Origin: Escherichia coli
Lineage (GTDB): Bacteria > Pseudomonadota > Gammaproteobacteria > Enterobacterales > Enterobacteriaceae
Direction: 5' to 3' (one strand)
DNA length: 64,000 nucleotides
Assembly (NCBI RefSeq): GCF_024502345.1
Contig: NZ_JALDNN010000001.1
Shown here: positions 1 to 11,207 of the stretch, one piece after another
Layout: each line of letters starts with the position of its first letter
Numbering within the stretch: the first letter of the stretch is position 1
The notes under the pieces: generated by a model
Seen by the model: the letters and a program-made list of their open reading frames with translations, nothing else
Databases searched by the model: none
Told to the model about the DNA's origin: nothing
Made by a program: the position numbers and the translations under genes

Positions 1-170
1 GTCAGTATTGTGCTGTTCAAATTGATGACGAATGGCTGGAGTGGTTTCTACTTTCAGTGCTGTGTACTAAGCCTGGTATTCCTGACGGTTAGCTGGTTGT
101 TGAGTGGTGAATGGTTAGCAGGAAAGAGTAAGGCTGAACCTTCACGTTCAACCTTACTCTCATTTACACG

Positions 171-3100
171 TTACGCTTTTTTAAAGCGGGCAAAGAGATG
201 TTCCACTACAACGAAAAAGACCGGAACGAAGTAAATTGCCAGCACTGTTGCGGCAAACATCCCGCCCATCACGCCGGTACCTACCGCGTTTTGCGCGCCA
301 GAACCGGCACCATGACTGATAACCAGCGGCAGCACGCCGAGAATAAAGGCCAGAGAGGTCATCAGGATTGGGCGTAAACGCATCCGCGCCGCTTCGATGA
401 TTGCCTCTATCGGCGTTTTCCCTTCTTTCTGCATCATCTCAACGGCAAATTCGACAATCAGGATGGCGTTCTTGGCGGAAAGCCCGATGGTGGTCAGCAA
501 ACCAACCTGGAAGTAGACGTCATTACTTAAGCCGCGCAGATCGGTGGCCAGTAATGCGCCAACGACGCCTAACGGAACAACCAACATCACCGAGAACGGA
601 ATTGACCAGCTCTCATAAAGTGCGGCGAGGGCGAGGAACACCACGACCAGTGAAATCGCATACAGCGCAGGAGCCTGATTTGAGGATAACGCTTCCTGAT
701 ACGACAGTCCGGTCCATGAGTAGCCGACGCCTGCCGGAAGTTTAGCGACCAGGTCTGCCATAAATTTCATGGCGTCACCGGTACTTTTCCCGGCCGCCGC
801 TTCACCTAAAATCTCCATTGACGGGATGCCGTTGTAGCGTTCCAGTCGCGGTGAACCATAGGTCCATTCGGTAGACGAGTAGGCAGAAAGCGGTGCCATC
901 GTGCCAGAGGCGTTGCGTACATACCATTGATTGATGTTATCCGGCAACATACGGAACGGCGTGCCTGCCTGGACATACACTTTTTTCACCCGCCCCTGGT
1001 TGAGGAAGTCGTTCACGTAGCTGCTGCCGAAGGCGGTGGAAATTGTCTGGTTGATATCAGACAGCGCCACACCCATTGCCTCAGCTTTCGCGGCGTTGAC
1101 GTTCACTTTGAACATCGGCGTATCTTCCAGGCCGTTCGGGCGTACCCCGGTGACCTGATTCGGTGATTGCGCTGCCAGTGATAACAGCTCGTTTCGTGCC
1201 TGGGTTAGTTTTTCGTGCCCCAGGTTACCGTTGTCCAGCAGTTCCATATCAAAACCTGACGCGGTACCCAGTTCAGCCACCGCGGGTAAGTTGAACGGGA
1301 AGACGACGGCTTTATTGATACTGCTTAGCGCAATCATTGCCCGCTGAATGATCGCGGTAACCGAGTTTTCCTCACCGACACGTTCAGACCACGGCTTGAG
1401 ACTGATAAACGCCAGGCCGTTGTTTTGCCCCTGGCCGCTGAAGCCAAAGCCGCCAACGGTAAACACCGACTGGACATTATCTTTCTCTTTAGTCAGATAA
1501 TAATCCGTCACCTGTTGCAGCACTTTCGTGGTGTTAACCATGGTGGCACCGGAAGGTAACTGCGCGGTGGTCATAAATACCCCCTGATCCTCTTCTGGTA
1601 AGAAAGAGGTCGGCGTGCGCAGGAACAGCACCGCCATCCCGGCGCAAATCAGCAGGTAGACCACCATGTAGCGACCGGTACAACGCAACAGCGAGCGGGT
1701 GCTATCGGTATAGTGCTGAGTTGATTTTTCAAACAGCGTGTTGAAGCGTGCGAACAGGGCGTTAGGTTTATGACCGCCTTCCGGCGCGGCTTTCAGAATG
1801 GTGGCGCACAGGGCAGGTGTCAGGCTCATTGCCACAAATACTGAAAGCAGCATGGAGGAGATCAGCGTGATGGAGAACTGGCGGTAGATCTCCCCGGTTG
1901 CACCGCTCATAAAGGCCATCGGCATAAACACTGCGGAAAGAACAACGGCAATACCGACCAGCGCACGTTGGATCTGCCCCATCGATTTATGCGTCGCTTC
2001 CTTCGGCGGTAGCTTATCTTCCGCAATGACACGCTCGACGTTCTCCACCACCACGATGGCGTCATCCACCAGTAACCCTATCGCCAGTACCATCCCGAAC
2101 ATAGTCAACGTGTTGATGGTGAAACCGACCGCCGACAAGATCGCAAACGTCCCGAGAATAACCACCGGTACGGCAATCGTCGGGATGATTGTGGCACGGA
2201 AATTCTGCAAAAACAGATACATGACCAGGAAGACGAGGATGATAGCCTCAACCAGTGTTTTGAAAACTTCCTGAATAGAAATTTCGATAAACGGCGTGGT
2301 GTCGTAAGGATAAACCGTCTTCAGACTTGCCGGGAAATAGGCTGATAAGCGGTTCAGTTCCTCTTTGACTGCCCGCGAGGTATCCAGGGCGTTTGCTCCG
2401 GCAGCCAGTTTGATGGCGATCCCGGCAGCAGGTTTGCCGTTATAGCGCGCCACGGTGGAATAATCTTCCGCCCCAAGTTCGACGCGAGCGACATCACGCA
2501 GCAGCACTTGCGAACCATCTTGCTGAACTTTCAACAGGATTTTGCCAAATTCTTCCGGCGTTTGCAGACGCGTCTGCACAATGATCGAGGCGTTTAGCTG
2601 CTGGTCTGCCGCCTGTGGCATGCCACCCAGTTGACCACCGGAAATCTGGTTGTTCTGCACCTTAATCTGGGAAATAACATCGGAAGGTTCCAGGTTATAT
2701 TTATTGAGTTTTTGCGGATCCAGCCAGATCCGCATGGCGTACTCGGAACCAAAGAGCTGTACGCTACCAACGCCCGCGGTACGGCTTAGCGGGTCTTTGA
2801 TATTAGACGCTACATAGTCCGCGATATCGTACTGGTTTAGGCTGCCGTTATCAGAAATAAACGCCGCTACCATCAGGATATTACTGCTCGATTTATCGAC
2901 GCTAATCCCCTGCTGCTGCACTGCTTCAGGTAATGAAGGCATAGCGAGTTGCAGTTTATTTTGCACCTGAACCTGTGCGATATCAGGAGATGTCCCAGTT
3001 TCGAAGGTCAGAGTGATAGAGGCATTACCCGCCGCATCACTGGTTGAAGACATGTACATCAGGCCATCAAGCCCATTCATATTTTGCTCAATCACCTGAG

Positions 3101-3284
3101 TGACCGAGTCTTCTACCGTTTGCGCATCGGCACCCGGATAGGTAGCGCTGACGGTAATGGTCGGTGGCGCAATCTGCGGATACTGCGCAACCGGTAAGTT
3201 CATGATCGCCAGACCACCTGCAAGCATCATAATAATGGCAAGTACCCAGGCAAAAACCGGGCGATCAATAAAATAGTTAGCCAT
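171..3284 (-). CDS. mdtF: RND multidrug efflux pump, inner-membrane transporter (AcrB/MdtF family), 1037 aa
   Basis: Full-length ORF; translation has the RND permease architecture and an N-terminus ([24 protein letters not shown]) matching MdtF/YhiV; sits immediately downstream of a periplasmic adaptor gene. Confidence 0.95.
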   Translation of the reverse strand: MANYFIDRPVFAWVLAIIMMLAGGLAIMNLPVAQYPQIAPPTITVSATYPGADAQTVEDSVTQVIEQNMNGLDGLMYMSSTSDAAGNASITLTFETGTSPDIAQVQVQNKLQLAMPSLPEAVQQQGISVDKSSSNILMVAAFISDNGSLNQYDIADYVASNIKDPLSRTAGVGSVQLFGSEYAMRIWLDPQKLNKYNLEPSDVISQIKVQNNQISGGQLGGMPQAADQQLNASIIVQTRLQTPEEFGKILLKVQQDGSQVLLRDVARVELGAEDYSTVARYNGKPAAGIAIKLAAGANALDTSRAVKEELNRLSAYFPASLKTVYPYDTTPFIEISIQEVFKTLVEAIILVFLVMYLFLQNFRATIIPTIAVPVVILGTFAILSAVGFTINTLTMFGMVLAIGLLVDDAIVVVENVERVIAEDKLPPKEATHKSMGQIQRALVGIAVVLSAVFMPMAFMSGATGEIYRQFSITLISSMLLSVFVAMSLTPALCATILKAAPEGGHKPNALFARFNTLFEKSTQHYTDSTRSLLRCTGRYMVVYLLICAGMAVLFLRTPTSFLPEEDQGVFMTTAQLPSGATMVNTTKVLQQVTDYYLTKEKDNVQSVFTVGGFGFSGQGQNNGLAFISLKPWSERVGEENSVTAIIQRAMIALSSINKAVVFPFNLPAVAELGTASGFDMELLDNGNLGHEKLTQARNELLSLAAQSPNQVTGVRPNGLEDTPMFKVNVNAAKAEAMGVALSDINQTISTAFGSSYVNDFLNQGRVKKVYVQAGTPFRMLPDNINQWYVRNASGTMAPLSAYSSTEWTYGSPRLERYNGIPSMEILGEAAAGKSTGDAMKFMADLVAKLPAGVGYSWTGLSYQEALSSNQAPALYAISLVVVFLALAALYESWSIPFSVMLVVPLGVVGALLATDLRGLSNDVYFQVGLLTTIGLSAKNAILIVEFAVEMMQKEGKTPIEAIIEAARMRLRPILMTSLAFILGVLPLVISHGAGSGAQNAVGTGVMGGMFAATVLAIYFVPVFFVVVEHLFARFKKA

Positions 3285-3308
3285 GAAAGTCCCCTTAAGC
3301 CTGCAACG

Positions 3309-4466
3309 TTATTGTTTCGATTCGGTGCTGGCGTTTTCCTGGCTGGAGGAAATTGCTCGTGCTTTGATACCTGGACGAATGCGTTGCAAACCGGAAACGA
3401 TCACCCGATCGCCAGCCTGCAAGCCAGAGGTGACAACCCACTGGTCGCCGATGGCTTTGCTGGCTTCAATTTCGCGTAGCTGCACGACATCGTCTTTATC
3501 CAGAATGAGCGCCGTTGCTTTACCCTGGGCGTTGTGGGTGACGCCTTCCTGCGGCACCAGTAATACATTCTGGCGGCTACCTTCATCCACTAATGCCGTG
3601 ACATACATGCCAGGCAGCAAGTCACCATTTGGGTTGGGGAAAATCGCCCGTAACGTCACGGAGCCCGTGGTTTCATCAACCGTCGGGTCGGAGAATTTCA
3701 GCGTGCCGGTCTGGCTGTAACGTTTACCATTTTCCAGATTGAGCTGTACTGGCGTACTGCCCTGAACCTGTTTGATTTGCCCACTGGCGACCTCTTCTTT
3801 CATGCGTAAGAAATCTTGCACCGACTGCGTGAGATCGACATAAATCGGGTCCAGACGTTGTACGGTAACCAGCGAATCTGCCTGATTAGCGGTAACGAGT
3901 GCGCCGACGGTCACCGACGATTTCCCGCTGACGCCCGTAATCGGCGAGGTGACATTCGCGTATTGCAGATTGATCGTCGCCTGTTCAACAGCCGCTTTGG
4001 CGACGGTGACATTGGCTTCTGCTTCATTCAACTGGGTGCGCGCGGTGTCGTAATCCTGACGGCTAACGTAGTTGGTCTTCAGCAACGATGCCTGGCGGTT
4101 AAAGGTGATGCGGGCATTGCTGGCGGTAGAGAGCGCTTTCGCCAGCGAGCCTTTGGCGGAGTTTAGCTCGGCCTGTAAAGGTGCAGGATCAATCTGATAC
4201 AGCGAATCGCCCTGGTTCACTTTATCGCCTTCGATAAAGTTGCGTTTAATGATAATACCGCCCACCTGGGGACGTATCTCGGCAACTTCATAAGGAACGG
4301 TTCTACCGGGCAATTCGCTCAACACATTGACCGACCCAGGGGAGAGTGTGACGACACCGACCTCAGGCGTCATGGCGGCGGTGTTTTCCGCCGATTTGTC
4401 ATCGCAGGCGGTGAGCATCGCGCCGCAGAATAACAACGGTATTAACAGCTTTCTTCTTCTGTTCAT
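3309..4466 (-). CDS. mdtE: RND efflux periplasmic adaptor (membrane fusion) lipoprotein, 385 aa
   Basis: ORF with lipoprotein signal peptide and lipobox (LTAC); HlyD/AcrA-like sequence; 24 bp upstream of mdtF on the same strand. Confidence 0.95.
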   Translation of the reverse strand: MNRRRKLLIPLLFCGAMLTACDDKSAENTAAMTPEVGVVTLSPGSVNVLSELPGRTVPYEVAEIRPQVGGIIIKRNFIEGDKVNQGDSLYQIDPAPLQAELNSAKGSLAKALSTASNARITFNRQASLLKTNYVSRQDYDTARTQLNEAEANVTVAKAAVEQATINLQYANVTSPITGVSGKSSVTVGALVTANQADSLVTVQRLDPIYVDLTQSVQDFLRMKEEVASGQIKQVQGSTPVQLNLENGKRYSQTGTLKFSDPTVDETTGSVTLRAIFPNPNGDLLPGMYVTALVDEGSRQNVLLVPQEGVTHNAQGKATALILDKDDVVQLREIEASKAIGDQWVVTSGLQAGDRVIVSGLQRIRPGIKARAISSSQENASTESKQ

Positions 4467-4804
4467 TTTATTCCCTGAAAATTCTTGAGAAATAACGGTT
4501 CTTTAAATTGCGCGCGAGGAGAGATATGAGGGATTTACAGACCAGCGGCATAGTGGGGTTGTCAGCCAGTAAGGTGGGATACAGGCATAGTGATCGACAT
4601 GGTGAGGTCAACGACAAAAAAAATGTTGCCGTTCTGCCAACAGTTCCTGCCAGCATTCGGGCAACGAAGGGTTCGACTGGTGGATACACATACCAGGGGA
4701 ATAAAGTCGTTTTAGCCTCTCCTTTAGTAATCACCGGGGGTAATGAAATCAGCATCTGCATCCCTCGTCATGCCAGCCATCAATTTCAGTTGCTTATGTC
4801 CTGA

Positions 4805-5332
4805 CTAAAAATAAGATGTGATACCCAGGGTGACGATGTCGCTCATACGTCTTAGTTTCAGCTTGTACATAATGTTGAATTTCTGAATCTTTAATGTTTG
4901 TTGCGAAATATTAAGCGTCGACGTGATATTGCTTTCATTTTTATTTTTCAGAATCAATTGCATAATTTTGAACTGATTATGTGAAAAACATAATTGTGAA
5001 TTCTTATGGGGCAAGTGTTTACCATAAGTAATCTCAAGAAGATTTTTGATACTTTCTTTGCGGCTAACAAAATAAATAGGCGCTTTAGCTTTTAGTTTAC
5101 TGATGTGATAAGGTGCCAAAACAATAATTCTCTCGGCATCTAATTTCTCCAGAAATTTAATCGCTTCTTCATCAAGGATATGATTGTGATAGGTATCAAT
5201 GATAACCTTGAAGGGTTTATTGCCTACTTTTTTGATCTCTGACAGGGAATTGATTTTTATCATTTCGTGATTATCTTTCAACTGCCAAAAGCCCTGTAAA
5301 AGAAAAGAATCTTTCGTCATGAGAAAAATCAT
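4805..5332 (-). CDS. gadE: LuxR-family acid-resistance transcriptional activator GadE, 175 aa
   Basis: ORF 4805..5410 trimmed to the internal ATG giving MIFLMTKDSFLLQGFW..., the GadE N-terminus; C-terminal LuxR-type HTH; AT-rich gene. Confidence 0.9.
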   Translation of the reverse strand: MIFLMTKDSFLLQGFWQLKDNHEMIKINSLSEIKKVGNKPFKVIIDTYHNHILDEEAIKFLEKLDAERIIVLAPYHISKLKAKAPIYFVSRKESIKNLLEITYGKHLPHKNSQLCFSHNQFKIMQLILKNKNESNITSTLNISQQTLKIQKFNIMYKLKLRRMSDIVTLGITSYF

Positions 5333-6080
5333 AACTTGCTCCTTAGCCGTTATCGTTTCGAACATGTCATCCTTTTCATTATTTACATCCTTGTCCGAAT
5401 CGTTGTTCAATATAGTAAACGCCTATAAGAACTTTGCCCTTCGTGAACTAATACGTCTATTAACACTAATCAATACTTCAGATTTATCCATCACGCACTC
5501 CATATATTGATCCTAAGTAAGATCCCTGGTTGTTATCAGCTTGTAAATAGTAAACAAAAAGTTAACGTTTGCGGATTACTGCCCAAGAATAAGTTATCAA
5601 TAACCAGTTTGTGATCTCTGAAGAATATTACTAAAGTTAAAATGTAATCCGATTTAAATATCGAGTCTCCTTGTTTCGACTTAAGCTGGCAATTGGATTG
5701 CCAGCTTTCTTTTAACGCATTGAAATTACCTGAGTAAATAACGCATTCATGTCTTCAGGTTTTTATATAGCGTCTGGAGACATGGATATTTATGCAATGT
5801 AATCAACGCCAGTTGCAAAAAAATGAACCCGGATTACTTATTTAACCGCCCATAGCATCAACGCTTACGGAACTCTTTGTTCACTTTCCCACAGCACTTT
5901 TAAAACATTAAACCTGACTACGGAAAATATCAGCCATGATAATGTTTGAAATGGCTAATTTGCCATGGAGTGAAAAAAATTAGATGAAATTCAGTAGGTT
6001 GAAATAATCACTAGCAGGTAATTATTTCAATGATAGTGCGCAATTGATCTACAACACTGCGTAGCGGAGAGAGTATTAAT
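5333..6080 (-). promoter_or_regulatory. Long AT-rich gadE upstream regulatory region (multiple promoters expected; an antisense sRNA arrS is reported in this leader)
   Basis: About 750 bp non-coding AT-rich sequence upstream of gadE; knowledge of the gadE sensory-integration region; individual promoters not mapped here. Confidence 0.5.
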
Positions 6081-6113
6081 CGGATCATAGTCACATCAAG
6101 TGACTATGATCCG
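6081..6113 (-). terminator. Perfect 14-bp stem / 5-nt loop hairpin just downstream of hdeD (candidate hdeD terminator or binding site)
   Basis: cggatcatagtcac-atcaa-gtgactatgatccg read directly from the sequence; lies 18 bp past the hdeD stop codon. Confidence 0.5.
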
Positions 6114-6130
6114 GGTGACAACCGGGATAA

Positions 6131-6703
6131 TTATTGCTGCTTAACGAACAAACTGGCGAAGCTGAACAGGCTGGCGGCGCTAAATATCAGTTCAATTCCC
6201 ACCAGTGTGGAAACCAGCGTTACAGACACCATCGGCGTTGCACCAAGGAATATCCAGGCAATGACGATATCCAGCACACCAATAACGAGCTGTAGCCAGC
6301 TGCCTTTCATTGAACGCTGACGATACCAACTCATCAGGCGAATAACCCCTGCAACACAGAACAAACCGGCAATAAATGCCGCAATGGCAAAAATGCCCAG
6401 CTCCGGTGCGCGGATGAAGAAATAGCCGATCAATAAATAGGCGACTGCGACGAGGAAACCGGATAATACCGGCCAGAAATTATGACTGCGGTTGCTGAAT
6501 AATCCAACAATAAGCGCAATGCCCGAACAGATTAATAATGCACCTACTACTGTGCTTAAAATATCGCCAGAAACGAACGGGAAACTGATACACAGCAACC
6601 CGACGATAAACAGCAGCACGGCAATAAACTGGATTGCTCTGCGATGCTTTTTCAGCATCTCCAGATCAAACTTCAAAATTGTTGCCTTATCTATATATAA
6701 CAT
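6131..6703 (-). CDS. hdeD: Acid-resistance inner membrane protein HdeD, 190 aa
   Basis: ORF translation MLYIDKATILKFDLEMLKKHRRAIQF... with multiple TM segments; divergent from hdeAB. Confidence 0.93.
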   Translation of the reverse strand: MLYIDKATILKFDLEMLKKHRRAIQFIAVLLFIVGLLCISFPFVSGDILSTVVGALLICSGIALIVGLFSNRSHNFWPVLSGFLVAVAYLLIGYFFIRAPELGIFAIAAFIAGLFCVAGVIRLMSWYRQRSMKGSWLQLVIGVLDIVIAWIFLGATPMVSVTLVSTLVGIELIFSAASLFSFASLFVKQQ

Positions 6704-6957
6704 AGAACCACCCTATAAAATTAAGAAGAAAATCCCCTGCTATCAATCTATGCCAAAAACGCGTCTAAGAATGCAGTCGATTTAATAAAAATTTCCTAAT
6801 TGCAGTATCTGATGCATCTGTAACTCATTGTATTGAAATAAAAATATCTGATTTTGATATTTTCCATCAACATGACATATACAGAAAACCAGGTTATAAC
6901 CTCAGTGTCGAAATTGATTCGTGACGGCTCTTTCACTTTATAGTTGAGGATATTACG

Positions 6958-7290
6958 ATGAAAAAAGTATTAGGCGTTATTCTTGGTGGTCTGCTTCTTC
7001 TGCCAGTTGTGAGCAATGCAGCGGATGCGCAAAAAGCAGCTGATAACAAAAAACCGGTCAACTCCTGGACCTGTGAAGATTTCCTGGCTGTGGACGAATC
7101 CTTCCAGCCAACTGCAGTTGGTTTTGCTGAAGCGCTGAACAACAAAGATAAACCAGAAGATGCGGTTTTAGATGTTCAGGGTATTGCAACCGTAACCCCA
7201 GCTATCGTTCAGGCTTGTACTCAGGATAAACAAGCCAACTTTAAAGATAAAGTTAAAGGCGAATGGGACAAAATTAAGAAAGATATGTAA
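6958..7290 (+). CDS. hdeA: Periplasmic acid-stress chaperone HdeA, 110 aa
   Basis: ORF with signal peptide and sequence MKKVLGVILGGLLLLPVVSNAADAQKAADNKKPVNSWTCEDFL... matching HdeA. Confidence 0.96.
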   Translation: MKKVLGVILGGLLLLPVVSNAADAQKAADNKKPVNSWTCEDFLAVDESFQPTAVGFAEALNNKDKPEDAVLDVQGIATVTPAIVQACTQDKQANFKDKVKGEWDKIKKDM

Positions 7291-7405
7291 TTCCGGGAAT
7301 GCGTTACATCGTACTTCCTTGCATATTGAACAGGCCGGAATATCTTCTTTAAAAGCAGCTATTCCTCCTGTTCATATATAATCTCTATATTGAATGGGTT
7401 ACAAA

Positions 7406-7732
7406 ATGAATATTTCATCTCTCCGTAAAGCGTTTATTTTTATGGGCGCTGTAGCGGCTTTGTCACTGGTGAACGCACAATCTGCGCTGGCAGCCAATGA
7501 ATCCGCTAAAGATATGACCTGCCAGGAATTTATTGATCTGAATCCAAAAGCAATGACCCCGGTTGCATGGTGGATGCTGCATGAAGAAACAGTATATAAA
7601 GGTGGCGATACAGTTACTTTAAATGAAACCGATCTCACTCAAATTCCTAAAGTGATCGAATACTGTAAGAAAAACCCGCAGAAAAATTTGTATACCTTCA
7701 AAAATCAAGCATCTAATGACTTGCCGAATTAA
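7406..7732 (+). CDS. hdeB: Periplasmic acid-stress chaperone HdeB, 108 aa
   Basis: ORF 7394..7732 trimmed to ATG at 7406 (MNISSLRKAFIFMGAVAALS...); immediately downstream of hdeA. Confidence 0.93.
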   Translation: MNISSLRKAFIFMGAVAALSLVNAQSALAANESAKDMTCQEFIDLNPKAMTPVAWWMLHEETVYKGGDTVTLNETDLTQIPKVIEYCKKNPQKNLYTFKNQASNDLPN

Positions 7733-7749
7733 TGAGGTACAAGTAAAAA

Positions 7750-7785
7750 GGAGTAGCAAGTTGAGCCATCTTGCTGCTCCTTTTT
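7750..7785 (+). terminator. Candidate intrinsic terminator after hdeB
   Basis: Imperfect 11-bp stem (ggagtagcaag / cttgctgctcc) followed by a T-run directly after the hdeB stop. Confidence 0.5.
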
Positions 7786-7795
7786 GCATTTTTAT

Positions 7796-8443
7796 ATGAC
7801 AGCAGAATTTATTATACGTCTTATACTCGCGGCAATTGCCTGTGGCGCTATTGGCATGGAAAGGCAAATGCGCGGCAAAGGAGCAGGGTTACGCACACAT
7901 GTATTAATTGGCATGGGAAGCGCCCTGTTTATGATTGTTTCGAAATATGGTTTTGCTGACGTGCTGTCTTTAGATCACGTCGGACTGGACCCCAGCCGTA
8001 TTGCTGCTCAGGTGGTGACGGGCGTCGGGTTTATCGGTGCAGGTAACATTCTCGTTCGTAACCAAAATATTGTAGGTTTGACGACGGCAGCGGATATCTG
8101 GGTGACCGCCGCCATAGGTATGGTTATTGGCAGTGGTATGTACGAACTGGGTATTTATGGTTCAGTGATGACCTTGCTGGTGCTGGAAGTCTTCCATCAA
8201 TTAACCTTCCGCCTGATGAACAAAAATTACCATTTACAGCTGACATTAGTGAACGGTAATACGGTATCAATGCTCGACTGGTTTAAGCAGCAAAAAATAA
8301 AAACTGATTTAGTTTCGTTGCAGGAAAATGAAGATCATGAAGTGGTCGCCATTGATATCCAGCTTCATGCCACAACGTCGATAGAAGATCTGTTGCGATT
8401 ATTAAAAGGTATGGCAGGGGTGAAAGGCGTTTCAATTAGCTAA
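7796..8443 (+). CDS. yhiD: MgtC-family inner membrane protein YhiD, 215 aa
   Basis: ORF 7784..8443 trimmed to ATG at 7796 (MTAEFIIRLILAAIACGAIGMERQ...), MgtC/SapB-like. Confidence 0.9.
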   Translation: MTAEFIIRLILAAIACGAIGMERQMRGKGAGLRTHVLIGMGSALFMIVSKYGFADVLSLDHVGLDPSRIAAQVVTGVGFIGAGNILVRNQNIVGLTTAADIWVTAAIGMVIGSGMYELGIYGSVMTLLVLEVFHQLTFRLMNKNYHLQLTLVNGNTVSMLDWFKQQKIKTDLVSLQENEDHEVVAIDIQLHATTSIEDLLRLLKGMAGVKGVSIS

Positions 8444-8484
8444 TCTGTGTGGCAGCGTAGCCAGACTCACCGTAAGCCTGAAAT

Positions 8485-9015
8485 TCACACCAGATAATCA
8501 ATATGCTGATGGCGTACCAGCTCATTGATCCGCTTAAGATTGAGGATCATCATGATATTGTGTTTATGGCAGTAGAACGTTTTTAGCGATATTTTCAGTT
8601 TCTCCAGAATATCTTCCGTTGTCATTTGATTCGCAATGCAGCTCAGAACCTGATGTTGCTTGCGCGAAAGTGACACAGCCGCTTCAGGCACAGAGCAGTA
8701 ACTGCCATTGATGAGTGCGACAAAATCAATGATAGTGATAGTCCGCGGAACAAAGGTCACCGGCACTTTCCCCAGGCAGCGTTTAATATTAAAGGGGGAG
8801 AAAATAATCACATGGACAGGTTTTAATCGTTCAATTTGAGTGAGAAAATTAGAATGAAATACATTATTCATTAATGTATCAATAATGACGAAGGCATTCT
8901 GATGCAACATTACGTCGATCTCTTCTTCGTTCTGTATATGAACGACATTACCTTTACTCAGAATGTTTTTCATCGCGGTGAAGAACATCGTATCCCTGGT
9001 AATTATAAGAAACAT
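8485..9015 (-). CDS. dctR: LuxR-family regulator DctR (YhiF), 176 aa
   Basis: ORF translation MFLIITRDTMFFTAMKNILSKGNVVHIQNEEEIDV... with C-terminal HTH; downstream of slp on the same strand. Confidence 0.92.
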   Translation of the reverse strand: MFLIITRDTMFFTAMKNILSKGNVVHIQNEEEIDVMLHQNAFVIIDTLMNNVFHSNFLTQIERLKPVHVIIFSPFNIKRCLGKVPVTFVPRTITIIDFVALINGSYCSVPEAAVSLSRKQHQVLSCIANQMTTEDILEKLKISLKTFYCHKHNIMMILNLKRINELVRHQHIDYLV

Positions 9016-9170
9016 AACCGACTCCTGGTGCGGACATTAACTTTATAATCAGTTTGCCAAAGGTAATTAACAGGACAGGGCTTATAATAATAATAGTTAG
9101 CTTACTGTATATTAATTTTATGTAATACATGATGCAGATGCTGAGAAAGCATCTGCATCTTTCGGTGGTG

Positions 9171-9737
9171 TTATTTGACCAGCTCAGGTGTTACCTGACT
9201 CACCGCATTGGTGTAGTAAGGCGCACCCCAGCCCGGTTCCGGCCAGAATGCACCATAGCCGTAATCCCACAGGTTATAGGTGGTATTAACCACTTCTCTC
9301 AAATGCCACACCTGGATGCCCTGCATATTCACTTCCAGGAAGTTATACGGGACTTTATTGATAAAGCCTGGTTGTTCACCCTGAATGGTACCGAGGATGG
9401 TAACAAAGTGATTACGATAGTTCACTGGATCAAGGAAGCCGCTTTGTCTGGCGAGCAGTCGGCCCTGATAGTTGGCTTCAATATCAGGCTTCGCATAGCT
9501 ATCCAACGGTAATACAGCGATTTCTAACAACGTATCCGTTTTGCCATTGATAACGTTGATAACCTTCCCACCAAAGCGCGCTTGTTGACCAACATATAAC
9601 CCCGGCTGGTTATGAACAGCAACAAAACTTTTTTGAATATCAGGTTGGTTATTGCCTTTGATATTTTGCGGAATTGAACTACATGCGGCAAGCAAAAATG
9701 AAAGGCTGAGGATGAGTGCACCTTTTGTCATGTTCAT
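9171..9737 (-). CDS. slp: Starvation-inducible outer membrane lipoprotein Slp, 188 aa
   Basis: ORF 9171..9902 trimmed to the internal ATG giving MNMTKGALILSLSFLLAACSS (lipoprotein signal peptide with lipobox). Confidence 0.92.
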   Translation of the reverse strand: MNMTKGALILSLSFLLAACSSIPQNIKGNNQPDIQKSFVAVHNQPGLYVGQQARFGGKVINVINGKTDTLLEIAVLPLDSYAKPDIEANYQGRLLARQSGFLDPVNYRNHFVTILGTIQGEQPGFINKVPYNFLEVNMQGIQVWHLREVVNTTYNLWDYGYGAFWPEPGWGAPYYTNAVSQVTPELVK

Positions 9738-9983
9738 GTTACTATCCTTATCAACAAATATTAAAACCATAATAGATATTTCTTTATAGTTTTCATCTGA
9801 TTCTGAGGTGATATGCCTGATAGTAACGTAAACCTGTCTGATGTTTATATCCCTTCTGTTTAGTTCAATTCCGTTATTTTGGGGCGTGGTATGAGTATCC
9901 ATCGCCCAATAATATAACCCTTTGTTTTAAAATTACATAAAATCTATTTTTATTCAATGATTATAAAGTGCTAATAATCAATA

Positions 9984-11207
9984 TTATGGTATTATATTCT
10001 GATAATGATTTGATAAGCGAATTCTTTTGCCAGATGGTATTTCTATTTCCACCCCATAATTTATATCTTTTTCATTAGGCAGATCTCTCTTTAAATAAAA
10101 GGGGTATGAAATCTTTTCGGGTTGAAGTGTCTCGTAATGAAATGCTATGAATTCATTTTTAGACATTGTTGCCCATTTTTGAATTTTATTGTATAGAGAG
10201 GGTGTTGTAAACTCTTGAAGTTGTTTATAACATATTTTTTTGAACTCTTGCTTATATTTTAATATGTCATCAAATGAAAGATTCACTACCTTTGCCTCTA
10301 AGAAATCAATTATTCTCGAAGCAATTTCCGCTTTCGCGCGTAAAGAGTTGTCATTAATAGTTAACAATGTAGAAAACAAGCCATTGATTTGTTTGTCAAG
10401 ATGCTGTTCATATTTATGTAGTTTGGGGATGGGATTTTCCTTGTGTGAAAAAATAGTGTTAAATAAATTTGCGTCAGTGAAATTTATATTAAGTAGATCT
10501 TCAAAATAAAAATTTGATAAGGTTAGGACTAGCCTGGACATATCTTGCCCTGTCATGTTGAAATCAATAAAGTCGCATCCAGCAAGGGCTTCCATCCTAT
10601 TTTCATTTTCACTGTGCTCAATATACAGCTTCGCCATTTTTAAGTACAAGCTTTGAATGTCTCTTATATCAGTTGGTAAGTCAGCTCGTTGCCCAGCAAA
10701 ATTTTTATTATCGGAAGAAACGGTTTGGACACTGAATCTTTCGGGTATTCCTTCTTCTACGAGAATTTTAGTTATGATTGGATTGTTGGGTTCTGGATTA
10801 ACGACAACAATGATTTGACATACAGAATCCTTATCCTTTTCGTATCTAATGTTATGAATCTGATTAAGTATTGATTGTGTCTGTTGCGTAAGTGGTGTCG
10901 AACTTATCGTTTCAATGTTATTAATAAGACTTACAAGTTGAACCACAACTTTTGAGTAGTCTGCATTTGTATATGTGGTGTTCGTGTGGCATGCATTAAT
11001 TTGTTGGAGTTGTTGTTGCGCTAAATCAAATTGTTCAGGGTTGTATCCTTCTCCAGAGAATGTGGAATTAATGGGTTGTTGTTCTTCCCAATTATCACAA
11101 GGCCACTTCGGTGTGTCTGGCGTTTTAACATTATCGGTATTTGTTGTGCAGTTATAAATATCGCCGTGATATGTATTTATTATACCTGGGGTAAAGTCAA
11201 TTGACAT
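9984..11207 (-). CDS. yhiS: Uncharacterised AT-rich protein YhiS, apparently intact (407 aa)
   Basis: Uninterrupted 407-codon ORF in a strongly AT-rich segment between slp and arsC; N-terminus [20 protein letters not shown]...; assignment by position and recollection of YhiS. Confidence 0.75.
   Translation of the reverse strand: MSIDFTPGIINTYHGDIYNCTTNTDNVKTPDTPKWPCDNWEEQQPINSTFSGEGYNPEQFDLAQQQLQQINACHTNTTYTNADYSKVVVQLVSLINNIETISSTPLTQQTQSILNQIHNIRYEKDKDSVCQIIVVVNPEPNNPIITKILVEEGIPERFSVQTVSSDNKNFAGQRADLPTDIRDIQSLYLKMAKLYIEHSENENRMEALAGCDFIDFNMTGQDMSRLVLTLSNFYFEDLLNINFTDANLFNTIFSHKENPIPKLHKYEQHLDKQINGLFSTLLTINDNSLRAKAEIASRIIDFLEAKVVNLSFDDILKYKQEFKKICYKQLQEFTTPSLYNKIQKWATMSKNEFIAFHYETLQPEKISYPFYLKRDLPNEKDINYGVEIEIPSGKRIRLSNHYQNIIP

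Noticed and set aside
10-234. 74-aa plus-strand ORF at the window start
   Set aside because: Overlaps the mdtF 3' end; I considered whether it could be the gadW 3' end, but the translation is not AraC-like and the region is most likely the gadW-mdtF intergenic spacer.
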